NCBI RefSeq assembly: GCF_006345805.1 | Contig: NC_043001.1 | Coordinates: 88,660,001-88,724,000, forward strand | Length of the DNA stretch: 64,000 bases | Reading direction: 5' to 3' | DNA from: Octopus sinensis | Taxonomy: Eukaryota | Shown here: positions 13,609 to 26,511 of the stretch, piece by piece | Numbering within the stretch: position 1 is the first letter of the stretch | Layout of the letters: each line of letters starts with the position of its first letter | Made by a program: the position numbers and the translations under genes | Notes under the pieces: model-generated | Told to the model about the DNA's origin: nothing | What the model saw: only the letters and a program-made list of their open reading frames with translations | Databases searched by the model: none

Positions 13609-16600
13609 GTGAAACAGTATTACACTAATGCTTTTATAATTGAATTTTAGGTCCAGGCCTGCAGAGCAAGGACAGCTATATATTAATATAGAATTGATTT
13701 AATTCTATGTAAAAATTAATTGCATAAAATATTCATGTTCTGCTATGTTACATAATCAGTTATACTGCTGTACTAAAATGGCATAGAGATGATATGCCAT
13801 CTGTTATCAACATGATGTTGAAATATTAGCCTAATGATGAGCATCTCATCATATAGGGCATCAATTAGTATATATTGTTATAAACAACACATGATTAAAA
13901 CCTTCAAACTTGTTGTAATTGCTAGACCTTACATAACAAGTAAAACTGCTCCTCAAAGGCTAGACTTCTCTAGAGCTCAAACATGCTTATACATTGATAA
14001 GTTGCTAACCCTCTGTGAAATCCAAGTGTAACCTATATTGGAATACTAGTCATCAATATAAGCTAGCCTTGCCTTTGCACATTGTAATATCTTAGGCTGT
14101 ATCCAAGAGGTCATTCAACTGATTAGCAAAGATTTACTTACCAATGCATTACAGCCACTGGTATTCAGACATGTTATGTGTTTGTTTCACATACCATCTC
14201 TGCTTTTCTGGACTTCATGCATACCCACCAAATGCACTTCACTCTCTCCATTCATTATTCATATCTCACACCCAAAACTCACTCCACCCTAAACACTTCC
14301 CAATCATTCATCATAAAGCTTCAGTCCTCAAAAATTTGTTCCCTGCCAATAATTTATCAGAGACATCAATCTACTGAAGTTCAAAGACATCACTCAGATC
14401 AAAGTCATTGTTACATCTACTCATCCTTTGACTAAACTATCAAGATAGAACGTATGATAGTATTATGTATCATAGTACATGAAATAAAATAATAAAACCT
14501 TTCAATAATAGCATGATTATATTGAAGCACAAACAAATGATCACATACATCAATAATAAAAAGACTTGAGCTGCACAGCACTCCTGGGAAAGATGATCTT
14601 CAATTTGGTTGTCTGTGCTGAAATGCACCTGTAATATTTATAATATTTAGATTGTGTCAGCAAATTATAGTCATTGGAGTGGGGTATGTCTCATTAGGGA
14701 AAAGACAAATTGGATCTCAGCATATAAACAGAGTATTAAATTTGTAAAATAAAATGTTTCCTGTGAGAAAAGTTGAGTTTTGACATTTCAGAAAAAAATC
14801 CTTATCTGATATGTTAGAACTTTGTAATTAACAGACTTTATTGACTATTATTTTATCAACAGTAGCATCACTAGTTTCTTCAGATACTGATAGCAGCAAC
14901 ATTGTAGGTTTATTTTTTTATGATAGTTTTATTACCCAGTGTATATCTGCTGAAGACTGGATTTTGGATCTGAGAAAAGCAGCCATCTGAAATAAGTTTT
15001 TCTTTTTTTTTGTCAATTTAGTCCACTTTCACAGTTTGGTTGTTATCTGAGGTCCTAACTTGTCCTTCACTCTTCCTACCTATTGGTGATGACCAATGGG
15101 TATTTAATTGTAGGAGCAAAGTTTTATGGCAGTTAAACATCATCATCATATTACTATGTCTTATTCTATACTATTGTTTAATGTAATTAACATAGCTTAA
15201 TAAACATATCTCAGGTTTGTTAGTTATGTTTAGTATACTATAGATAAGAACATTCACATACATTCACTGGAGTTCAAGATGAATTACAAGAGTTCAGTTT
15301 CAAGTTATAGCTGATATGTTTTAAGACATTTGTGAAATTATTTTTCCTTCACATGTTCACATACTCCTTTTATTCTCATTTTCCACCCCTCTTTTACTTT
15401 TCTGAGGTAGAGGTGGATACCTTTATCTCCATTCTTTCTTTCTTATCCACAATACATTTACTGTTTATTTCATTATTAACCATAACTTCTTTTTTTTTAT
15501 CATTTGTAAATTACCTGATCTACCTTTAACACACACTCATCTTCAGAAATTTCTCTTACAAATCTCTATAAAACCAGTCTTGTTGAAACTTGAGATGGCA
15601 AACTTTGCCTTTTGACACCTCACCTTTTGGTTTGGTAACTGTATTACCTCCATTACCATGACTTTATAACTGTGGCTGCTTTAAACGACCAAATTTTAGT
15701 CTTACCAACTCTCCAAAGACTGACAACACTGACAGTTTGACAATTAAGGTTACAGCTACTAATTTATTACATGAAATTCAACATCTCAGTATTGCTTTTC
15801 TAACTAGCTTTGATATGAGATGAAACAGTGTAGCATCTCAAGGACCTCTTGCCATCTATGTAAAGTTTTATTTGGGCTGCATATTTGTGAGTGTGTCTGT
15901 AAGAAAGATAACATTCTGAAATTATGTGAGCTACTGTTGTGTTTTCTGTTGTCATTTCTCTGTGCTTTGTGCTTTTGAAAATGTACAGAATGAAAAAAAA
16001 ACAGGTAAGAGTTAGCTGCTGAAAAATTATCCAGCTGTAAAACAATGCTTTAGCAATATGTATTCATCTAATCCATGCTAGCATGGAAAAAAGCTTATAT
16101 AAAAACAACCAATTTTTGTCAACATTATGTCAAAGAGTTCCATCAGAATCTTTTATGCTTGCATCTATATAATCTAATAATCTTAATGCTTTTTTTTCAT
16201 GTCTCAATAGACTTGCTATCTTTGGGCAATATCTTTACTTATATCACATAACTAATAAGGAATTTCTACATAACTGTTCATGTAACAGTTATATACTTCT
16301 CTCAACAACCTACTTAGCTCTAAAATGAGGACTGCAAAAATTGTTGACTTTGTCCTTCATATTTCCAAGGTTGATAAAATAATTACCAGTCTAGTACTTG
16401 AATCCATATGATTAACTATAAAGTTCTCCAAATTTTTAGTCAAGAAATGACTATTATTATTGCAAAAAGGAAAATGATAATGTCCAACTGAATGTCTTGC
16501 AAACCCAAGTATGAGACTTGGAGTGAAGCTAATTTATTTGGTTATATTCTCCCTTCCACAAATTTGTAACCATGTAAGAAATCATCACTGGCAAAATTGT

Positions 16601-17849
16601 TAGTGCATCAGATAAAATTCTAAGCAGTATTTCTTCTGGTACTTTACATTTTGAGTTCAAATACCAATAAGTTTGACTTATCCTTTCATCCTTTTAACGG
16701 TCCATTAAATAAGTATTAGTTGAACACTGGAGTCAAAGTAATCTACTAACACATCCCACTAAAAATTGCTGTCCTCATGCCAAAATTTGAAACCATTTTT
16801 TTAGCTTTGATATAATGCTAAAGACTTGGCCTTTGAATTTGCTTATGCTATATTCCTGATAATAATATCTGTTGAATGTATCTGGCTCTTAAATTCAGTT
16901 TTGACTTTGAAGGAAAGACGCAGGTTTTTGTCCCAACAATCATTAAGCATAAGAAATGTTGATTATTTCAAATAAACTAAATATACACCCACACTTAACT
17001 TTATATTTTACTAAAGTTCTCTAAAAAAAAAGCTCTAAGATACATTTCCTCATTTTTTAAAATCTTTTTTAAGTATTTTAATTCAATAATTTTCTTTCTT
17101 TTGAGGCTTATTTTAATTACTCATAATGTATCAACACTGTTTATATGCCATTACCCACTTTTCTGTAATTTCTGAAATGTCAATGCCACATGGCTATTAT
17201 TTTATCAAAATGGTGTGATGGGTGTCCATACTACAATAATATGGTCACAGCAACTTGAATTTTCTGAAATAATTTTAAGTCACAGTTAAAACTATCACAC
17301 TTGCAGCAGAAGCTATAATGAGTGGTCATTCAACTAACTAAAGCTAGGTCAAATATCCTTCAAATCCCACCTTTTCATCTTAAAAAGTGAAGGATGCGTT
17401 ATATGATATATTCTTAGATATAATATGTCTGATAAAAGACAAGATGGTCATAACTGGAACATCTTTAATTACAGGCCTGCAGGTTCAGAGCTATCTGAAG
17501 CTAAACAATAACCTTACAGTGTTGCTAGTGCTCTTGGCAGACTCATAATACAAAAAAAACATTGCAGCTTCTTTTGCTTTAAACGTCTGAGATTCATTTT
17601 GTAAGAATGTATTGTTTGGAAATTTAAATGGAATTTCATTATTTTGTTTATGTGAAAATTGCGTTTTTAATTTTGTTTTCTCATTTTTGTAATAATACAA
17701 TTTTTAATAGAATGCTTTTTATTCACTTAATAATTTTAAAAATACTGTTATTGTTGTTATTGTTAGTGCAGTGTAGCAATAGAAATCATAGTGCCGGACA
17801 GACTAACTATGACAAAAGATTTAGTTATGTGTCTTTATGCACTCAGTTC

Positions 17850-17970
17850 AAATAATAATAATCATAGTAATAATAGTAATAATTATAATAATAATAATAG
17901 TAATAGTAGTAATAATAATAATAATAATAGTAATAATTATAAAAGTAATTATTATAATAGTAATAATAAT
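17850..17970. repeat. Imperfect (AAT)/(AGT)n microsatellite
   Basis: Directly visible; source of the poly-N and poly-I ORFs. Confidence 0.95.
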
Positions 17971-18187
17971 GGTTTTAAATTTTGCCACCAGGGCAGCCAT
18001 TTGGAGAGAGGAGATGTGTCGATTACATCATCTCACAGTGTTCAACTGGTACTTAATTTATCAACCCAGAAAGGATGAAAGGCAAAGTCGACCTCGGCAG
18101 AATTTGAACTCAGAATGCAGCAACAGGCAAAATGCCACTAAGTATTTCATCCAGCATGCTAACAATTCTGCCAGCTCACCACCTTAT
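17968..18187 (-). mobile_element. SINE family 1 copy
   Basis: Reverse complement of the family body (ggcaaagtcgacctcggcagaatttgaactcag...ctgccagctcaccacc). Confidence 0.85.
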
Positions 18188-18279
18188 ATAATTGTAAAAA
18201 TAATAATAGAGGCAGTTATGTGCTGATGTTTAATTATACTTTTACCTTATGAATGTGAGGCCTTGTGCCAAAGTTAAAA

Positions 18280-18420
18280 ACTATTAAATCCCACTGAGAT
18301 CTACTTTGCCTTTTATCTGGGCTCAATAAAATAAAATACCAGTCAGGTACTGGGGTTGATTTAATTGACTAATCTGTGGCCCACATCAAATTTAAAGCCT
18401 TGTGCATATGTTAGAAATTA
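18280..18420 (+). mobile_element. SINE family 1, degenerate copy, inverted relative to 17968-18187
   Basis: gagatctactttgcc...taccag...tactggggttgat...gccttgtgc. Confidence 0.65.
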
Positions 18421-18677
18421 TTGTTATCACTACTAAAACTTCTATTGTCATTGTTAGTATAATATAATAAAAGTATAATATCACAGGAGAGTAAATAATT
18501 GGATCATACCTTACAAGTTATTTTGTTGTACTGTGATGAGGTGTTTGTCTTCAGATAGACATGGAGTCAAAAATCACAAAGCATAAATTTAATTTCTAGC
18601 TTATGTTTTACTAAACTGTATACTTTTGTACATATTCCATGTGAGTGTTTCACCATTTTATTGTCATTACTGTGTAG

Positions 18678-18779
18678 CTGCCTCCAGTGGAAGTTCAGGT
18701 AACAGTTCAGTGGGTGGCTCTTCTCAAACTATATTATCTGCTGAAAAACAATCTTCTCAACCAGGGGTCTTAGAGCCAG
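18678..18779 (+). CDS. CaMKII: Candidate CaMKII variable-linker cassette exon (A)ASSGSSGNSSVGGSSQTILSAEKQSSQPGVLEP
   Basis: Acceptor ttattgtcattactgtgtag|C, strong donor CAG|gtatgt. 102 bp, phase 1-1, open; joins the 32745 exon as ...VLEP-G-RSLVAKK. Confidence 0.68.
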
Positions 18780-18941
18780 GTATGTGGAGAGACACCTTTG
18801 GCCTATTCTTCCCTTCCTCTTAAAAACAAATTCCGTAATATTTGCTGACTGCAAAAACCCTGGACATTTTTCTCTTACACTTTATATATTTTTTCTATTC
18901 TCCTCTCTCTATCTCTTTCTATTTTTTTTTTTCTTATCCAG

Positions 18942-18977
18942 ACGTTTTTCCATTTTCTAAACCTTCTCTTCCTCTTG
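18942..18977 (+). CDS. Candidate small cassette exon (D)VFPFSKPSLPL
   Basis: Very strong acceptor ttttttttttttcttatccag|A, donor TTG|gttggt, 36 bp, phase 1-1, open. Confidence 0.3.
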
Positions 18978-19182
18978 GTTGGTAAAATACCTACCTTCAC
19001 GTTTCTTAGTATTTGCTCCTCTTAGATCTTTTTTATTTATTTATTTATCTGGTTATTTCAATCTTATCAGATACACTTTGGTATTTTTAAAAACAATCTA
19101 TCTTACCAAAACCACTGCAATAGTAGTACCACTTTAGAGCTGACCTTCCACCCATCCCATCCTCTATTCTTTTCCTCTCCAG

Positions 19183-19197
19183 CTGGTGTCCAGGTAG
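19183..19197 (+). CDS. Candidate microexon, 11 nt (A)GVQ or 15 nt (A)GVQV
   Basis: Strong acceptor ctctattcttttcctctccag|C. Tandem donors CAG|gtaggt (end 19193) and TAG|gtgctg (end 19197). Confidence 0.35.
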   Translation: MVSR

Positions 19198-19331
19198 GTG
19201 CTGCTCCCTCCTAATTTTTAACTTTCACTGAAGATTTTTTTTTTCCCCCTCAGTGAAGAATATATATAGTTCTCCTTTTGTTTTCCATCCCCAATATTTC
19301 TCATCTATCTATTTGCTTTTTTCTGCTTTAG

Positions 19332-19371
19332 CTTCTGTTTCCTCACCTATGGAGCCAGTCCATAGCTTTTG
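19332..19371 (+). CDS. Candidate 40-nt exon (phase 0 reading LLFPHLWSQSIAF; phase 1 reading ASVSSPMEPVHSF)
   Basis: Acceptor ctatttgctttttttctgctttag|C, donor TTG|gtattt. Not frame-preserving alone, but 11+40 nt = 51 nt with the 19183-19193 microexon. Confidence 0.3.
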
Positions 19372-19872
19372 GTATTTGATTTTTTTTTCTGCTTTGATGC
19401 GATTATGCTTCTATATTTATAAATATTTCTACTTTTTACGTTAAACTTTTTTCTATTCTATTTTCTGTGGTTCAGTTATGGAAATTGGTACTTTAGTTTT
19501 AAATTTTAGTCTTCAGAATTTTCCATACAAATACATATATTATCAATACACAGCAAATAAATTATAACCTGCAAAAACAACAAACATTATATATTTGTGT
19601 GTGTGTATGTATGTATATATATATATATATATATATTGTGTGTATAAGACAAAGATACACAAATGCATATTCATGCACAAGGTGGACTTCTTTCAGTTTC
19701 TGTCTGTTAAATGCAATTACAGGACTTTGGTTAGTTCAACACTTGCCAAAGGTTCTGCACAGTTGGAATGAATCTGAAGTTGTGAAACTGTGTAGTTGTG
19801 GAGTAAACTTCATATTTATACATACATAACGCATACACATACATATATACATATTATATGCACACATCTATA

Positions 19873-19915
<43 letters not shown>

Positions 19916-20519
19916 TCATTTATTTAAATGTGTGTTCATTTATGTGTGTGTGTGTGTATATATATATACATAAACACACACACACACACACTCATATATA
20001 TGCACAAACACATACACGCATATTTCTTAGTTTTGTGTGTTTCATTTTTCTATTGTCTTCATTTTTGTTTTAATTGTTTACTAAATAACTTTGAATTCTT
20101 CAAAACTTTAACCTTATATTATTCTGTGAGTAACAACATTCAACTTTGATATTTTCTTCAAATTATTTTTAAAAATAGTATATTAGTTTGTTTTTTATTT
20201 TCATTTTTATTCTTAAATTTTGAAGTTATTCTACCCTACTTTTTTTTTGTTCCTGTTGCTTTATCATCATTATTGTTGTCATTTCTCATCACTTCACTTC
20301 ATCCCAGTTTCAATCTTTACCCATAAGGTACTGCTTTTAGCCAAACCCAATTCTCTGATTCACTCTTGCTGCATTATTTAGTTACATCCCTTTATGGACT
20401 GAGTTCAGATACCACCTGAGTCACCTTTGCCATATACCCACCCACGATAAATAAAGTACTCACCAATATATTAGGTTTCATTCGTTCCATTATACACATT
20501 CATGACCTGTGCTCAACAC

Positions 20520-20830
20520 TGAGTATATTATTATATCTAATCAACAATATACTTGGGAGACAATTACAGCATGGAAGGCACATATTAGCCACTTGAAAAC
20601 ACACACAAGAGCTGTTAATGTCACTAAAACATTTAATATTTAGTGTTAAAATTTTCATTGTGTCCACTGCAACCTGGTTACTGACACATTTCCATCAAGA
20701 TGGTGCAACAAAAATTTTGACACTGTTTTTTTGAATGACTAACATGTAACATGTTTCTGCCATGCTGTAATTGCTTTAGTTTCGTCACATGGTCTCAGAT
20801 CAAATTACTTGGTAGACAAGTATATCTCCA
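20520..20830. mobile_element. Long-TIR MITE-like repeat; arms of the same family at 61190-61387 and 62408-62600
   Basis: Internal inverted acaattacagcatggaag / ctgccatgctgtaattg; terminus cagagatgtacttg next to TA at ~61385. Confidence 0.55.
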
Positions 20831-21714
20831 AAACACTTGGAGATTTTTTTTCATTTATAGTTTCCATATCTTACTATCTTGCTTATCTCACTCCTCCTTT
20901 GTTGATCTTTCTCACTATATCAATGCAAGATTTCACATTTCAGAGGGGGGGGGGGCTTCTTTTTTTGGTATTCTCTACAAACAATCTTTTATCATTCATG
21001 CACGAATCCCATGTAGGAAGTCAGAAGAATATTTGTTTTAATAATTGTCACTAAAACATGTATGTTTGCCAGTTTAGTAGCATGTGAAAATGGAGTGCAT
21101 CATGTTTAGAACACATATTTAAATGTTTTTATGATCGTTTTCTGCCTGACAAATGTGTCTCAGATGTGATAAAGCAATGATAAAATTGGATTTCTTTAAA
21201 ATTCTTATGGAATTTTAGACATCATTCACAACACTCTCCCTTCTCTTTATATACACACAAACATGGTTTATATGTGAGATTTCATTTAAATATCGACTAA
21301 GTTAATTAACAACCTATCAGTGGTGCGTGTGAGTGTGTGTTCAGAATATCAAAAACTAGTTTCAGTTTTTGCAGGGATAATGATATAAAATCCTCGAATT
21401 GTTAATGAAACTGTATATAATCATATTACTAAAAGGTGATTTTGTAGCTTTATTGTAGCTATAAGCTTTTATCAACTGTTTATATTTCATTTGAAAACTT
21501 TTAGTTATAATCCAAAATTACTTTAACACTTTTGCTACCTCCTTGTTCACAGCCAGGGTCAATGTACAAATGAAAAGTGGAGGTCAGTTATGATTTACTG
21601 AACTAGATAACCTTTAGAATTATTTTGATCATAGGACTTTTTGTCTAGGTTCACCAAGGCCTAAACGACTGCAACAACTGTGAATCTTATTGCATAGTTG
21701 TATGGTTATGATGA

Positions 21715-22070
21715 TTACTTCATAAGTTCCTAGTCTTGGGTTCAGTTCTATTGCACAACATCTTGGGTATGTCTTCTACAATCAACACAGGGCCAACCTA
21801 TGTATTGTGAATGAATTTGGTAGATGGAAGCTTTGTAGAAGCTTTTCATATGTGTATGGTGTGTGTATGTGTGTTCATCTTAGTCTCTCACTGCTTGACA
21901 ATCAATTTTGGCTTGTTTTTGCCTCCATAACATAGTTGGTCAGCAAAGAGAGATTGTTTGATCAGATACCAAATTTAGAATAAGTTTTGAAGTCAGTTTT
22001 ATTAACTAGCCCTTCAAGATGGTACCTCAACATAGCTACTATCTTCTGAGTGGAACAAGTAATGAAATAA
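21715..22070 (+). mobile_element. SINE family 2, degenerate copy
   Basis: gggttcagttct...ttgggtatgtcttct...gaatttggtagatggaa...acaagtaatgaaataaaag. Confidence 0.7.
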
Positions 22071-22422
22071 AAGATTATACTAACAGTCATCTAGGAAATT
22101 TATTTTGTATTCATTGTCATAGCACTCTATGTGTTGTTTATGTGATTTGGCAATTTTAAAAATAGTAATACAAAAATTAGAATGTTAATGATTTTCCTGG
22201 TCTTATCAAACATTATGGATTTATTTTGTGGCTATTTATATCTACTGAGATTAAAAGTTGTTGGCAAATTAGTTTGAAAGAGTGGTATTTCCCCTGTATC
22301 CTAATCTCTTAATTCAATAAAATTCAATGGTTTTAGTTTGTTGAGACAGTAACTGACATAATTCAGTTGTTAGTGAGAGCTGTTAGTCATGCATGGATGT
22401 TTCTCTAGTATTTTACCAATAG

Positions 22423-22575
22423 CTGACAAACCAGGCAATGCCAACAATAAACATGAGGCTTTACTACTTCCCTCTGAAGTAATACACCGCAAGATATGGA
22501 TGTACACCATCTGCAGAAATGCTAACAAGATCCAAGATATTCTGCAACAATGTCGCTGTGCTTTCATTTGGAAAG
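22423..22575 (+). CDS. Candidate cassette or alternative first exon (A)[50 protein letters not shown]
   Basis: Acceptor gtattttaccaatag|C, strong donor AAG|gtaaaa, 153 bp, phase 1-1, open. Lies within the ATG-initiated track ORF 22389-22661; locally GC-richer with retained CpGs. Confidence 0.33.
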
Positions 22576-23424
22576 GTAAAAAAAAACAAAGCAATTGCTG
22601 TCTTTCGCTTAATATCATCTTCACTTCATCTCTACATCTGTTGTTGTGCACTGATGACTAACCTTATTCAGCAGATATTAGCAAAGATGTTCCAGTTGTA
22701 TTCCTCTCAGCTGTTTTTTTTTTCCTTTTCATTATTACAGATATATAGGGTTATCTAGTACTATTTGGATGGTTGTAATTTGTGTGAGACTTGACTGTTA
22801 TTTTTAGTAAGTTGCATAATTATGTAAAAACTTTCTTGGCTTAGTCTTAGGTTGGCCTGAGAACAAAAATGTCGCAAAACTGCTCCAGTCATGACTATCC
22901 CATCTTACATTCAGATATAGTGTATCTAGGACTACATTTATCAAATATGTCTTTTCTCTCTGGAGATAGTAAGGACATAATTGATTTGAAGTTTTCTAAT
23001 TTTTTTACCTGATTGTAACCATTTAAAATTTCCTTCATTCACACATGTTGTCACTATTGTTGTTGTTGTTCAGCATTGTTCGAGCAAATTTATCCCAACA
23101 TATTGCTCTTAAAAAAAAAAGAATATAATTTTATTGCTTCAGTGTGTTTCGTTTGCTATTATACAAATGAGGACATCTTGGTTTGTTATTTACTGAAAAT
23201 AAGCATGTATTTATTTTGGTTTATTGCATCAGAGTAGATCCCCTATTTCTGGGTATTTTATCATTTATAACTGACTCCCCATCATGTTCTCACTTTTCAA
23301 AGAAGGTGTTCTACTTTAGAGCAGCTCTCCCTTTCAATGTTTAGTCTGTGACATTATTATCAAGGTAGGACATAGAGATATACATACACCCTGTAAAAGA
23401 AAATCTAAACTGTTTTTAATTTTT

Positions 23425-23615
23425 AATACTACCACCACTAGAATTGTTGCCATGCTCAGTGGCATTTCTTCCAACTGTACATTGCGAATTCAAATGGGCC
23501 AGCTTTGCTTTTCCTTTTGGAGTTTACCAATTAGGTATCAGTGGAGCACTGGGGTTGATGTAAGAGACTTACCCACTTCTCCAAAACTGCTGGCCTTGAG
23601 CCAAAATTTGAAACC
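23425..23615 (+). mobile_element. SINE family 1, older copy
   Basis: gaattcaaat...cactggggttgatgtaa...ggccttgagccaaaatttgaaacc. Confidence 0.75.
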
Positions 23616-24168
23616 ACCACTGGCCCCAGTTCTGCTTATACATAAACAGGTCTCCAGTTCAATACCACTGATTATTTTCATTGTATATATAGGCTCAGCT
23701 CTTAATTCTACATGTTAGTTTATGTGAGTAATTATGTGTATATACATAGCCGTCTCTGTATCATACCAAATGTAAATACATCATGTAAACCAATTTTTCT
23801 GTGGTATTCTTTTAAAAGCACAATATGTTTTAGAGGTAGGTGAAAATCATTGTAGCAGTGGCTGGTGAGAATGCTAGTTGTTCATTTCTGCCTCACTGGG
23901 TATTATCAGTAGTATGTACTGTTAGCCAGCCACATCTTAGGATAAAATCTGTTACCTCCAATATAGAAAAACAGTAAATGAACAATCACTAGTTTTGTCA
24001 ATAGCAGCCTGATTAATCATAAATTCATTATATGCAACAGATTGAAATAGCCATTTGTGCATCATACCTAATGTAATTCTGTCGCACAAAACCAATTTGC
24101 TGTAGTATTGTCCAGAGGTAATATTTTTTATGGTGTTTTATGTATATAGTTATGTGTATATTTGTGTA

Positions 24169-24222
<54 letters not shown>

Positions 24223-24243
24223 AGGTTACATATATATACATTC

Positions 24244-24277
<34 letters not shown>

Positions 24278-25160
24278 CATCATCATCATCATCATTATCA
24301 TCATTTAACATCTGCTTTCCACGCTGGCATGGGTTGGACAGTTTGACTGAGGGCTGGCAAGCCAGAAGGCTGCTCCAGGCTCCAATCCAATCTGGCAGAG
24401 TTTCTACAGCTAGATGCCCTTCCTATCACCAACCACTCCAAGAGTGTAGTAGGTGCTTTTTATGTGCATTGACCATGCTCAAATGGTGCTTTTTACATGC
24501 CACAAGCACAGATGCCAATCAGGCAGTACTGTCATCGGCCATGACAACAACTTCACTTGCCTCAACAGGTCTTCGCAAGCACAGTTTATTGCCCAATGAC
24601 TGAAGAATACTCTTAAATGGGCTGGTTATGCTGCCCTGGTATAGGCCACGGTTACTGACTCACTTGGCTTGCTGGGTCTTCTCAAGCACAACGTATCTGT
24701 AAAAGTCTCAGTCACTTGTCATTGCCTCTGTGAGGCCCAACATTTGAAGCTCATGTCTCAGGGCACTTAAACTTTGTCGTATATGCACACAGACATTACA
24801 CATCCATCAGAGCATACTAGCTTCATTCTTTGCAAGCTTATGCATGTCCTCAGCAGTCACAGCCCATGTTTCACTGCCATGTAGCATGGCTGTTCACATA
24901 CATGCATCATACAGTCTATCTTTTACTCTGAGCGAGAGGCCCTTTGTCACCAGTAGAGGTGAGAGCTCTCTGAACTTTGCCCAAGCTATTCTTATTCTAG
25001 CTGTCACACATTCAGAGCATCCACCCCACTACGGACTTGGTCACCTAGGTAACGGAAGCTATCAACTACTTGTAGTTTTTTCCTCCTGGAATGTGACAGA
25101 AACTGTTTTCTGCACATTTTCATTGTGTATTGCCCCTGAGCATTTGCCACAGACAAAGAC
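24278..25160 (-). mobile_element. Decayed 5'-truncated RTE copy with an internal deletion
   Basis: Collinear with ~51424-52740, (CAT)n tail at the left, about 200 bp of ORF missing near 24760-24790. Flanked by (TA)n and (TATC)n/(TA)n. Confidence 0.9.
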
Positions 25161-25192
25161 TATCTATCTATCTATCTATCTATCTTTCTATT

Positions 25193-25253
<61 letters not shown>

Positions 25254-26113
25254 GTATGCACGTGTGTGTGTGTTATGCATAAATGCAAGATTATTTGTAT
25301 GCTACCAGTGCTAGACTTCCATCCAATCCAGGGATATATTTATCTCCTATCCACCTAACACATTCCTATTAGATTATACATTTATAAACTTGGGCTTCTA
25401 CTCTAAAGTATGGCAATGATTTCTTGCTTAATAAGTATTTAATTCACTCCTATCCATATCATTAGCCTTGGTTAATAAAGACAGGGCATGCAGGTAATTA
25501 CTACTGTCCAGGTGAAACAGTTTTCTTCATATCACTCAGTTTCAAATACATAGACGTGGAGGAAATGTTCTTAACCTTCAATGTGTTGTTTGTTGAAGCA
25601 TAACTAAAGAGTGTTGTTTTATGTAGTGTATCAATGCCAGTTACAGTAAGACTCTTCATGCTCCAAACTACTTCACCTACCACTCATAGTCACAAAGCGT
25701 TAAAGGATTGTAGAAGGCCTTAACTGGGGGTTGAAAACAATAAATTTTAAATATTTTACACTTAACTAACACTATCCAACTTATTTTATTATTTTCAAAA
25801 TTAAATAAAATTCGTACACTAACAGTTGTTGATAGAAATATATTGCAGAAATAGTTAATGGACATTGGAGTGTTAAATCATGTCTCAACAGAAATATAAG
25901 TCAAGTTCAGTGACTAAAATGTTTCTACAGCTAGTGTTGTGTTATGTTGTGAGATGTCACTGATGTCCTTACATGATGTGGCAGTTATGTGGTCAAACCT
26001 TTATCACAGCTTCTATTACAATTGTATAGAACTGCTCATGTCCCCTGCAAAAATATGGACTTGACAATCTGTACTTCAGTTTTACACAGTTTATAGTGAT
26101 AACATATTTTACT

Positions 26114-26511
26114 ACTGCTGCTTTGTTTGTTTGTTTGTTTGGTTAGTGAAGCAGTCTTCGTCCCATTAGTGGGAGAAGTCTGAAACGTGGTCCTTTGCTA
26201 TTCGTAAGGCCCGCAGAAGAGAAAGCAGGTCAACCCCTGACACCGAGAGTATCGACGGATGGATGAATGCGCATCCAGGCTCAGCGGTTGTGTAGGGAGT
26301 CAGGGACAAGAAACAGGAAGAAAGAATGAGAGAAAGTTGGAGCGAAAGAGTACAACAGGGGTCGCCACCACCCCCTGCTGGAGCCTCGTGAAACTTTAGG
26401 TGTTTTCGCTCAATAAACACACACGACGCCCGGTCTGGGAATCAAAACCACGATCCTCCAACCGCGAGTCCGCTGCCCTAACCATTGGGCCATTGTGCCT
26501 CCACTGCTGCT
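26114..26511 (-). mobile_element. Complete young tRNA-Arg-like SINE with 9-bp TSD
   Basis: Head GGAGGCACAATGGCCCAATGGTTAGGGCAGCGGACT...GGTTTTGATTCCC (A and B boxes, tRNA-Arg-like), (CAAA)n tail, TSD ACTGCTGCT at 26114-26122 and 26503-26511. May correspond to the octopus OR-type SINEs; not verified. Confidence 0.9.

Noticed and set aside
17791-18226. Poly-Asn / poly-Ile ORFs
   Set aside because: (AAT)n microsatellite plus SINE sequence.
26430-26503. tRNA-Arg-like sequence
   Set aside because: It is a SINE head: no proper acceptor stem, and it continues into a SINE body with a tail and TSD.
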